64,000 nucleotides of DNA from Myxococcales bacterium (GTDB lineage Bacteria > Myxococcota_A > Polyangia > Polyangiales > DASUME01), in assembly GCA_047601445.1 (NCBI GenBank), contig JASGJH010000001.1, forward strand, positions 9,088,001-9,152,000, read 5' to 3'. The notes beneath the pieces were generated by a model. That model saw only the letters and a program-made list of their open reading frames with translations. It ran no database searches and was not told the DNA's origin. Position 1 is the first letter of the stretch. Every line of letters starts with the position of its first letter. The translations under genes were made by a program, and so were the position numbers. This document shows positions 21,403-29,305 of this stretch, one piece after another.

Positions 21403-23045
21403 GTTCGCAGGCCGAGAGCTTCGACTACATCGTGGTCGGCGGCGGCTCGTCGGGCTGCGTGGTGGCGGGCGAGCTGTGCGCGGAGACGCGACTCGAGGTC
21501 GCACTCGTGGAGCAGGGCGACGACGCCGAGGCGCACCCCGAGACGCTGGAGGCGGACGGCTACAAGCACGCCTTCGCCAACGACGACCTGTTGCTCGACC
21601 GCTTCAGCACGCCGCAGGAGCACTGCAGGCAGCATCGCCTGTATTTGGGCTCCGGACGCGGGCTCGGTGGCAGCGGCTCCATCAACGGCATGGTCTACAC
21701 GCGTGGCGCCAAAGAGGACTACGCGAGTTGGCCGCGCGGCTATCAGTACGATGACCTGGCGCCGCTCTTCCAGTCCCTCGAGAACAAGCTGCGCGTGCGC
21801 CCGCGGGCCGGCACCGAGTTCACGGAGGTTTTCGTGCGTTCGGCCGAGGCCGCGGGCTTTCGCCGCAGTGCGAACATGAACGACGGCGACCTGTCGGGTG
21901 TGATCGGCTACGAGACCATGAACTACGAGGGCAGCGCGCGGCGCAGCTCTTACGTGTCCTACGTGCGCGAGGCACGGCAGCGCGAGAATCTGCACCTGGT
22001 GACGCGGGCGCTCACGCGACGCGTGATCTTCGAGGGCAACCGTGCGGTCGGCGTGGAGATCGAGCAGGCCGGCAAGCGCCGCGTCCTGCGCGCGCGCCGC
22101 GAGGTCATCCTGTGCGCCGGTGCGCTGGAGACGCCCAAGCTGCTGATGCTGTCGGGCGTGGGGCCGGCGGCCGAGCTGGCCAACCACGGTCTCAAGACGG
22201 TGGTCGACATGCCGTCGGTCGGCGAGAACCTGCACGATCATCCCAACGTCACGATGTTCTTCATGGGCAAGCACGAGGTGGACTCGTACTACCCGCAGTT
22301 GTACGGCTTCCATCGGGCCAACCCCGACAGTGACCTGCCCAAGGGACAGAGCGACACCTGCTACGTGATGTACCCCGCGCGCTCGTCGCTGCGCGAGGCC
22401 GCGATGCGCATGTTGCCGACCAAGCTGCCGGTGCCGCTCTACGGCAAGGCCTCCAAGGGGCTGATCCGCGCAGGCATCGCGGGCGCCACCAGTCTCGGCT
22501 TGGTGCAGGGTGGCATCGCACGCGTCTGGGGCTGCGTGGTGATCCTGGGCAAGCCCAAGAGCCGCGGACGACTCAGCCTGGCGTCGCGAGACCCCAAGCT
22601 GCAGGCCCACATCGATCCGGGCTACTTCACGCATCCGGAGGACATGGAGACCATGATCCGCGGCGTGAAGCTCGGTCGGCGCATCGCACAGGCGGAGCCG
22701 CTCGCCAAGTGGGGCAACTTCCCGCTGTTGCCGTTGGTGGCCAAGACCGACAAGCAGATTCAGGACTTCATCGAGGGCAACTTGATGACCACCTTCCACT
22801 ACGCAGGTACCTGCCGTATGGGCGAGGACAAGGCCAGCGTGGTCGATCTGGAGCTCAAGGTGCGCGGCACGCGCGGTCTGCGCGTGGCGGACGCTTCGGT
22901 GGTGCCGTTCACGCCCGTGTCAGCGATGAACGCGCCCAGCATGGTGATCGGCCTCAAGGCGGCGCGCCTGGTGCTCGCCCACGAGCGCTCACTGGGCAGC
23001 TCGAACTCGGAGATCAGCGGAGAACGTGAGGCATGGGGCGGCTGA
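21399..23045 (+). CDS. GMC family FAD oxidoreductase (alcohol/choline dehydrogenase-like)
   Basis: DYIVVGGGSSG, GRGLGGSGSINGMVYTRG, VGENLHDH, FHYAGTCRMG, LRVADAS, NAP; GTG start overlaps the ALDH stop. Confidence 0.92.
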   Translation: MSSQAESFDYIVVGGGSSGCVVAGELCAETRLEVALVEQGDDAEAHPETLEADGYKHAFANDDLLLDRFSTPQEHCRQHRLYLGSGRGLGGSGSINGMVYTRGAKEDYASWPRGYQYDDLAPLFQSLENKLRVRPRAGTEFTEVFVRSAEAAGFRRSANMNDGDLSGVIGYETMNYEGSARRSSYVSYVREARQRENLHLVTRALTRRVIFEGNRAVGVEIEQAGKRRVLRARREVILCAGALETPKLLMLSGVGPAAELANHGLKTVVDMPSVGENLHDHPNVTMFFMGKHEVDSYYPQLYGFHRANPDSDLPKGQSDTCYVMYPARSSLREAAMRMLPTKLPVPLYGKASKGLIRAGIAGATSLGLVQGGIARVWGCVVILGKPKSRGRLSLASRDPKLQAHIDPGYFTHPEDMETMIRGVKLGRRIAQAEPLAKWGNFPLLPLVAKTDKQIQDFIEGNLMTTFHYAGTCRMGEDKASVVDLELKVRGTRGLRVADASVVPFTPVSAMNAPSMVIGLKAARLVLAHERSLGSSNSEISGEREAWGG

Positions 23046-23704
23046 GTCCGAAAGACGGCGCCAAGCGCGCCAAGGCGGACATGTACCGGCGCCTCATCCT
23101 CGAGGCGGCCGAGCGCATCTTCGCCAGCGCGGGCTTCGAAGACGCCAAGATCCAGGACATCGCCCAGGGAGCGGGCATTTCGCTCGGCACGCTCTACACC
23201 GTGTTCCCGGGCAAGTCCGAGATCTACGACGCCGTCCAGGAGCAGCGCGGTCGCGAGATTCTCGAGAGCATCTTCCGCGCCTTGCAGGGACACGAGGGCG
23301 TGTACGACGCCTCCATGCGCGGCATCGAAGCCTACGTGCGCTCGCTGGTAGAGCGCCCGGCCTATCTGCGCATGCACCTGCGGGAAGGCCTGTCATGGAC
23401 CGAGCGGGATTCCATGCGCAGCGGGGAACAGCGTGCGATCTGGGAGCGCGGTGTGTCCATCGCGGTGAGCCTGCTGCAGGCAGGTATCGAGCAGGGCTAC
23501 TTCCACGGCGAGAATCCGCCGGAGCTGCTGCTCAAGATGATGATCGCCAGTCACCAGGTCCAGATCAAGGACTGGCTCGATCGCGGCGCCGTGCCGAGCG
23601 AGGTGGACTCGCTGGTGGCGCGCATGCAGGCACATTTTTCGCGCGCGTTCGTGCGCGACGAGAGTGCACGGGCGAACAAGAACAAGAAGCGTGTGAGCGG
23701 GTAG
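23033..23704 (+). CDS. TetR/AcrR family transcriptional regulator
   Basis: ILEAAERIFASAGFEDAKIQDIAQGAGISLGTLYTVFPGK. Confidence 0.92.
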   Translation: MGRLSPKDGAKRAKADMYRRLILEAAERIFASAGFEDAKIQDIAQGAGISLGTLYTVFPGKSEIYDAVQEQRGREILESIFRALQGHEGVYDASMRGIEAYVRSLVERPAYLRMHLREGLSWTERDSMRSGEQRAIWERGVSIAVSLLQAGIEQGYFHGENPPELLLKMMIASHQVQIKDWLDRGAVPSEVDSLVARMQAHFSRAFVRDESARANKNKKRVSG

Positions 23705-23715
23705 GGGAGAGAGTC

Positions 23716-25122
23716 ATGCAGACAGAGGCCAGCGTAGGCAGCACAGGCAAGTCCCGCGGCAACACCGCGCCATCCAAGAGCTACCGAGCGGTTCCGACGG
23801 TCTCGGGCGGTCTGCCGGTGCTCGGTCACAGCATCGAGTTCGCCGCCAATTTGTTGGGGCTGGTGAAGCGCGGTTACCAGGAGCACGGCGAGGTCGCGGG
23901 GCTCAAGGTGTTCGGCCGCAACATCGTGCTCTTGAGCGGCACCGACGCCCAGGAGGCCCTGTTTCGGGCGCCCGACGAGGTGTTGAGCCCGAACGAGGCC
24001 TACAAGATCATGACGCCCGTGTTCGGCAAGGACGTCGTGTACGACGCCAGCCCCGAGCGCATGGGTGAGCAACTCGGCATGCTGCGACCCGCGCTGCAGG
24101 ACAAGCGCATGCGCACCTATGGCGAGATCGTGGCCGAGGAGACCCGGCGCGCTGTATCGAGCTGGGGCGAGCGCGGCGAGCTCGATTTGGTGGAGTTCTG
24201 TGCCTCGCTGACCAACTTCACCTCCACCCACTGCCTGCTCGGGCGCGAGTTCCGCGAACAGATGAGCACCGAGTTCGCGCAGGTCTACTACGACCTGGAG
24301 CGCGGCGTGACCCCGGCGGCGTACATCCATCCGAACCTGCCGCTGCCTTCCATGCGCAAGCGCGATAAGGCCCGCGTGCGCCTGGTGGAGATGATCGAAG
24401 AGATCGTGAATCAGCGCCAGCGCAGCGGCAGCCGCGGCGAGGACTTCCTGCAGACCTTGATGGACGCGGAGTACAAGAACGGGGACAAGCTTACGCCCCA
24501 CGAGATCACCGGCATGTTGCTGGCAGCCATGTTCGCCGGTCACCACACCAGCAGCGTGACCACGGCGTGGACCCTGATCGAGCTCGCGCGCACCCCAGAC
24601 TATCTCGACCGCGTTCTCAACGAGCTGCACACGGTGTACAGGCCTGGGGACGACGTGACCTTCCAGTCGCTGCGTCAGATCCCGCTCACCGAGTACGCCG
24701 TCAAGGAATCGCTGCGGCTTCACCCCCCGCTCTACATCCTCCTGCGTTCGGCCCTCGTGGACTTCGAGTACCGGGACTATCTGCTGCCCAAGGGCACCTG
24801 GCTCGCCACGTCGCCCTGGGTCTCGCACCGCATTCCCGGCATCTTCCCCGAGCCGGAGCGCTTCGATCCGGACCGCTTCGCCCCGGGTCGCGAGGAGGAC
24901 AAGAAACAGTTCTCGTTCATCGCCTTCGGCGGCGGGCGCCACAAGTGCCTCGGCAACGCGTTCGCCATGCTGCAGGTCAAGACCATCTTCGCCATCTTGT
25001 TGCGCGGCTTCGAATTCGAGGTCCTGCACGACCCGATCATCCCGGAGAGCGGCCTGGTCATGGGGCCCAAGAAGCCATTCCGCGTGCGGTATCGTCGGCT
25101 GCGCCCCAACGGTCAATTCTGA
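23716..25122 (+). CDS. cyp51: Cytochrome P450, CYP51 (sterol 14-alpha-demethylase) family
   Basis: SRS1 AYKIMTPVFGKDVVYDA, I-helix MFAGHHTS, KESLRLHPP, FDPDRF, heme motif FGGGRHKCLG. Confidence 0.88.
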   Translation: MQTEASVGSTGKSRGNTAPSKSYRAVPTVSGGLPVLGHSIEFAANLLGLVKRGYQEHGEVAGLKVFGRNIVLLSGTDAQEALFRAPDEVLSPNEAYKIMTPVFGKDVVYDASPERMGEQLGMLRPALQDKRMRTYGEIVAEETRRAVSSWGERGELDLVEFCASLTNFTSTHCLLGREFREQMSTEFAQVYYDLERGVTPAAYIHPNLPLPSMRKRDKARVRLVEMIEEIVNQRQRSGSRGEDFLQTLMDAEYKNGDKLTPHEITGMLLAAMFAGHHTSSVTTAWTLIELARTPDYLDRVLNELHTVYRPGDDVTFQSLRQIPLTEYAVKESLRLHPPLYILLRSALVDFEYRDYLLPKGTWLATSPWVSHRIPGIFPEPERFDPDRFAPGREEDKKQFSFIAFGGGRHKCLGNAFAMLQVKTIFAILLRGFEFEVLHDPIIPESGLVMGPKKPFRVRYRRLRPNGQF

Positions 25123-25134
25123 GGAGAACGACAC

Positions 25135-25326
25135 ATGAAGATCGTCATCGATTGGGGTCTGTGCCAGGGGCACGCGAACTGCACCGGCGACGCTCCCGAC
25201 GTGTTTTCGGTGGACGACAACGGCAAGCTCACTGTGCTGCTCCCGGAGCCGCCCGAAGAGATGCGAAGCCAGCTGGAGCTCGCGGTCCGCTACTGTCCGA
25301 CGGGCGCGATTCGGATCGAGGGCTAA
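25135..25326 (+). CDS. [3Fe-4S] ferredoxin, P450 redox partner
   Basis: CQGHANC...CPTGAI (His in place of the second Cys); GAGGAG Shine-Dalgarno; lies directly after the P450. Confidence 0.9.
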   Translation: MKIVIDWGLCQGHANCTGDAPDVFSVDDNGKLTVLLPEPPEEMRSQLELAVRYCPTGAIRIEG

Positions 25327-25429
25327 CGAGTCATTCGGCCTACGGCTCGTCTTGCTCGCGGGCGGGCTCGCCTGCTTCGGCGCGACGTGTGAAGTAAACA
25401 GAGCGTACTTTACGTGGTAGGAAGGTGCG

Positions 25430-27355
25430 ATGGGCATCGGGCGACCTCTGGTTCTCTCTTCGCTGTGGGTGACGGCGGCTCTTACAGCCTGTGGTGACGC
25501 CTCGACTCCCAGCGCCGACGCCGGGGCGGACTCGGGAGTCGTGAGCCCACTCGGTCCCTGCAAGCGACGCAATCCGACCCGCGATCCCTTCTTCGGCGAC
25601 CTGCACGCGCACACGGCCCTCTCGCTCGACGCGAACCTGCAAGGGACTCGGTTGCGCCCGGCGGATGCCTACCGGTTCGCACGCGGTGAGACCGTGGGGC
25701 TGCCGCCCTACGACAGCGCGAACAATCCGCAGCGCACGCTCACGCTATCGCGCCCGCTCGACTTCGTGGCCCTGTCGGATCACGCGGAGTTCCTGGGCCT
25801 GGTCACCACCTGCCTCACGCCTGGGCTGCCTGGCTACGACTCCAGCGAATGCACCCAATACCGAGACGACCCGGATACGGCGTTCCTGCTGCTCAACAGC
25901 CAGCTCGCCGCCGACCAGTCGACTGCGGGCTACCGGACTCCGTGCGACCAAGCCAACAACTTCTGCGACTCCGCGGCGCTCAGCGCCTGGAATGAAGTGA
26001 AGGCTGAGGCCGAAGCGGCCAACGACGAGAGCGAGGAGTGCGCGTTCACGGCCTTCGTGGCCTACGAATGGTCCGCTTCTCCCGGCACCCTGAACCTCCA
26101 TCGCAACGTCATCTTCCGCAACCAGAGTGTGCCGACTCTGCCGTTTAACTACTTCGATGGCAGCGAAGAAGAAGAGCTCTGGGACGCGCTCGACAAGGAC
26201 TGCCTCCAGGCCGGCAGCGGCTGCGACGCTTTGACCATCCCGCACAACTCCAACCTTTCGGCGGGCCTGATGTTCGAGCCCGTGAAGGCCGATGGGCAGG
26301 CCTTCGACAAGGCCTACGCCGAGCGCAGGGCGGCGTTCGAGCCGTTGGTGGAGATCTTCCAGCACAAGGGCAGCTCCGAGTGCTTGCCCGAGATGGGGCC
26401 GGACGAGTTCTGCAACTTCGAGAAGATGCCCTACAACACGCTGTCCACCGTGGTCTTCGGGCTGCAGCCCGACAAGCTGGTGCCGCGAGACTACGTGCGG
26501 GATGCGCTCGGCCAGGGGCTGCGCTTTCAGGCCACGCTCGGGGCCAACCCGTTCGGCTACGGCTTCGTGGCGAGCACCGATACGCATATGGGCACGCCCG
26601 GCGGCGTGGAGGACGACAAGTTTCAGGGTCACGGTGGGGCAGGCTCGAACGCACGCGATGCGCTGCCGCAGGGCCTGGTCGACCACGTGTGGCTCAACCC
26701 CGGTGGCCTGGCGGTGCTCTGGGCCGAGGAGAACCGCCGCGACTCGCTGTTCGACGCCATGCGTAGACGCGAGGCCTACGCCACGAGTGGATCGCGCATT
26801 GTGCTGCGCTTCTTCGGCGGCTCCGACATCCCTGACAACCTGTGTGGTGCCGCAGACTTCGTGCAGCAAGGCTACGCGCTCGGGGTGCCGATGGGAGGCG
26901 AGCTCAAGTCCCAGCAGCCACCCAAGTTCGCCGTCTACGCACTGAAGGACGCGGGCACAGCCGAGCTGCCTGGCGTGCCCTTGCAGCGCGTTCAGATCAT
27001 CAAGGGCTGGCTCGAGAACGACAGCGTGCAGTACGCCATCTACGACGCAGCGGGGGGCGGCAACGACGCCAACGTCGATCCCAACACCTGCGAGCGCAGC
27101 GGCGCCGGCCAAGACGAGCTGTGCGGGGTCTGGACCGATCCCGACTTCGATCCGGCGCAGCACGCCTTCTACTACGCGCGCGTGCTCGAGAACCCCAGCT
27201 GCCGCTGGCATGCCCTGCAGTGCAGCCGCGCGGGCGTGACTTGCGGGGCGGATGGCCCGAGCAAGCCTGGTTTCGAGGGCTGCTGCGACGAGCGCTATCC
27301 CAAGGTGCAGCAGGAGCGCGCCTGGTCGAGCCCCATCTTCTACAAGGCCTTGTGA
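25430..27355 (+). CDS. DUF3604 domain lipoprotein (PHP-like metallohydrolase)
   Basis: Lipobox LTAC; FFGDLHAHT, PLDFVALSDHAE, NLHRNVIFR, IPHNSNLS, STDTH, FYYARVLENP, ERAWSSPI. Confidence 0.85.
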   Translation: MGIGRPLVLSSLWVTAALTACGDASTPSADAGADSGVVSPLGPCKRRNPTRDPFFGDLHAHTALSLDANLQGTRLRPADAYRFARGETVGLPPYDSANNPQRTLTLSRPLDFVALSDHAEFLGLVTTCLTPGLPGYDSSECTQYRDDPDTAFLLLNSQLAADQSTAGYRTPCDQANNFCDSAALSAWNEVKAEAEAANDESEECAFTAFVAYEWSASPGTLNLHRNVIFRNQSVPTLPFNYFDGSEEEELWDALDKDCLQAGSGCDALTIPHNSNLSAGLMFEPVKADGQAFDKAYAERRAAFEPLVEIFQHKGSSECLPEMGPDEFCNFEKMPYNTLSTVVFGLQPDKLVPRDYVRDALGQGLRFQATLGANPFGYGFVASTDTHMGTPGGVEDDKFQGHGGAGSNARDALPQGLVDHVWLNPGGLAVLWAEENRRDSLFDAMRRREAYATSGSRIVLRFFGGSDIPDNLCGAADFVQQGYALGVPMGGELKSQQPPKFAVYALKDAGTAELPGVPLQRVQIIKGWLENDSVQYAIYDAAGGGNDANVDPNTCERSGAGQDELCGVWTDPDFDPAQHAFYYARVLENPSCRWHALQCSRAGVTCGADGPSKPGFEGCCDERYPKVQQERAWSSPIFYKAL

Positions 27356-28275
27356 GGGGGGCGGCGCACGCGCCGGTTGCCCGTGTCGCGCGGCAGCTGC
27401 TCGGGTTTTTCATCCTGGGCTCGAGCCTGTTCGGGCTCAAGCAGGCGCTCGGCTCGGCTGACCGCCTGCCGACCCTGGTGGTCCATGTGCCAGCGCGCGC
27501 ATCCGCCGAAGAAGTCGAACAGGCCATCGATGAAGCCGTGCTGGTGGATCGCAGCCTGTCCCGCGGGGGCGCGTTGCTCGATCCCATCGTGCGCGACCAG
27601 GTCCTGCGCAGCATGCGTGTGTCCACGGGCGTCGATGACGCTGAGAGCGAGCAGGAGCTGCTCGACCGCGCGCTCTCGCTGGGGTTGCATCGGGCGGATC
27701 CGCTCATCCGCAAGCGCCTCGCGTTTCAGGCCGAGCAGGTCTTGCGCGGGCGCCTGCACGCCGACGAGCCAGCTCCGGGGGAGCTCGAGCATTACCTCTC
27801 GGCCCACGCTGAGCGCTACCGGCATCCGGCGCGCGTGTCGTTCGCGCACGCCTTCGTCAGCCGTAGTCGGCATCCGGACGATCTCGCGGCCGCCAGCGCG
27901 CGCGTCGGCGAAAGGCTCGCGCGAGATCGACCAGACGCCCGCGCGGTCTTCGGCTACTCCGAACCTACCATCCTGCCGCTCGAGCTCGCTCGCGTGACCG
28001 ACGCAGAGGTCACTTCGCGTTTCGGGCCATCATTCGCCAAGGGCCTTGGCGCAGCGCCGATCGGCGTCTGGCAGGGCCCCCTCGACTCGAGCTACGGCCA
28101 ACACTTCGTCTTCGTGCAAGAGCGTGAGCCGGCGCGACTCGGCAATCTGGAGGAGCTCCGGTCACGTCTATTGGCTGATCGTGAGCGCGACCAGAAGGTG
28201 CTCTTGGTGGCTCGCGAGCTCCGTCGGCTGCGCACCGACTATCGGGTCGAGGTCCAGCGAGCGAGCGCGAACTGA
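27352..28275 (+). CDS. PpiC-like rotamase-domain protein (DUF3604-associated type)
   Basis: LGLHRADPLIRKRL, RVSFAHAF, FGPSFA, WQGPLDSSYGQHFV; GTG start overlaps the upstream stop. Confidence 0.75.
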   Translation: MRGAAHAPVARVARQLLGFFILGSSLFGLKQALGSADRLPTLVVHVPARASAEEVEQAIDEAVLVDRSLSRGGALLDPIVRDQVLRSMRVSTGVDDAESEQELLDRALSLGLHRADPLIRKRLAFQAEQVLRGRLHADEPAPGELEHYLSAHAERYRHPARVSFAHAFVSRSRHPDDLAAASARVGERLARDRPDARAVFGYSEPTILPLELARVTDAEVTSRFGPSFAKGLGAAPIGVWQGPLDSSYGQHFVFVQEREPARLGNLEELRSRLLADRERDQKVLLVARELRRLRTDYRVEVQRASAN

Positions 28276-28285
28276 GGCCCGAGCA

Positions 28286-28993
28286 CTACTTCACCTGTTC
28301 GACCTTCATGTCCCTGCAGCGCAAGACGTCGCGGCAAGTTTCGCTCACCAGGCCGGCGTCGCGCCGCCGCTGCAAGTCGGCGCAGTCCGTGGCCTTGAGG
28401 ACGTCTGCGCAGCCCGCGAGCTCTCCGGGCACGAGCTCGCATTGACCCGTCACGAGCTTGGATTCGATCAACACCGACAGCTTGCTCGTCTCCACCTCAC
28501 CGACGATGGCTGCCTCCTCCGCGTCGCGTCCCTCGCAGGACATGATGCGCGCCGAGAGCTGCTGCGCGTAGGCCGCCACCTTGGCCTTTGCCTCGGGCGT
28601 CAGGTTGCGGTCCCAGCCTTCCATGATGATGGGCTGCGCCAGGGTCTCGCATCTCATGGCGGACAGTTCCTTCGAGCAGGTCGCCGACGGAGCAGTGTCG
28701 AGGGCGCACGAAGTCGACGCGAAAGCCGAGGCGAGATCGCGGACAAGGTCAGCGGCGTGAAGGTCGAGCAAGCCCTTTTCCTCTGGAGTGAGCTCCTTGC
28801 CTTGCTCCGCCTGGTAACACGACGAGATGCGCAGACCGACGGCGGCGGCCAGCGTGGGGTCCACCTTGCGCTTGGCCTGCTTGGAGCGCTTCTTGAGCGC
28901 ATAGGGATTCTCGAATTTCATCCCATCCTGGGCCAGCGCGGACGCACCGCCCAATGTGACCACAAGTAACCACAGGCATGCGGAGCGTTTCAC
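28286..28993 (-). CDS. Secreted Cys-rich hypothetical protein with two internal repeats
   Basis: Signal peptide ending ALA-Q; two RIxSC...C-x9-C-x8-CxxL modules. Confidence 0.6.
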   Translation of the reverse strand: MKRSACLWLLVVTLGGASALAQDGMKFENPYALKKRSKQAKRKVDPTLAAAVGLRISSCYQAEQGKELTPEEKGLLDLHAADLVRDLASAFASTSCALDTAPSATCSKELSAMRCETLAQPIIMEGWDRNLTPEAKAKVAAYAQQLSARIMSCEGRDAEEAAIVGEVETSKLSVLIESKLVTGQCELVPGELAGCADVLKATDCADLQRRRDAGLVSETCRDVLRCRDMKVEQVK

Positions 28994-29226
28994 TTCTGTA
29001 CCTCGGCCAGGTGGCTCTTGCGGCTGCGCATCGCGACACCGAAGCCGTAGATGGCAAAACCCGCGAAGAATCCGAACAGATAGCAGCCTCCGAGACCCCA
29101 CGGTCCCCAGTTGGACGTGGCGGCGGGCTCGGACTCGGCGGCGACCTTACTTGCCAAGCAGGTCCACATCAGGAGGCTTGCACCTACCGCGTGCTTCACC
29201 GACGAACGTGCTCGAAGACCCACCAT
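28990..29226 (-). CDS. Small putative membrane protein
   Basis: Signal-like N-terminus and hydrophobic GLGGCYLFGFFAGFAIYGFGVAM followed by basic residues; stop overlaps the next GTG; start uncertain. Confidence 0.4.
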   Translation of the reverse strand: MVGLRARSSVKHAVGASLLMWTCLASKVAAESEPAATSNWGPWGLGGCYLFGFFAGFAIYGFGVAMRSRKSHLAEVQK

Positions 29227-29305
29227 ACTCGCGATCCTATCATCGCTTGATGCGTGCTTGTGAAGAGCACTGCCACTGCCCTACGATCGAGGAACAGGGC
29301 GGGGG

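Noticed and set aside
19770..23045. Apparent 1,091-aa ALDH-GMC fusion protein in the ORF track
   Set aside because: Caused by the +1 base at 20799-20803. The real ALDH C-terminus is in another frame ending at 21402, and the GMC has its own GTG at 21399. The joining segment is off-frame, Arg-rich sequence.
23026..23715. 230-aa N-terminal extension of the P450, or a TetR-P450 fusion
   Set aside because: The extension is the off-frame shadow of tetR, which stops at 23704. The P450 has a purine-rich RBS and ATG at 23716.
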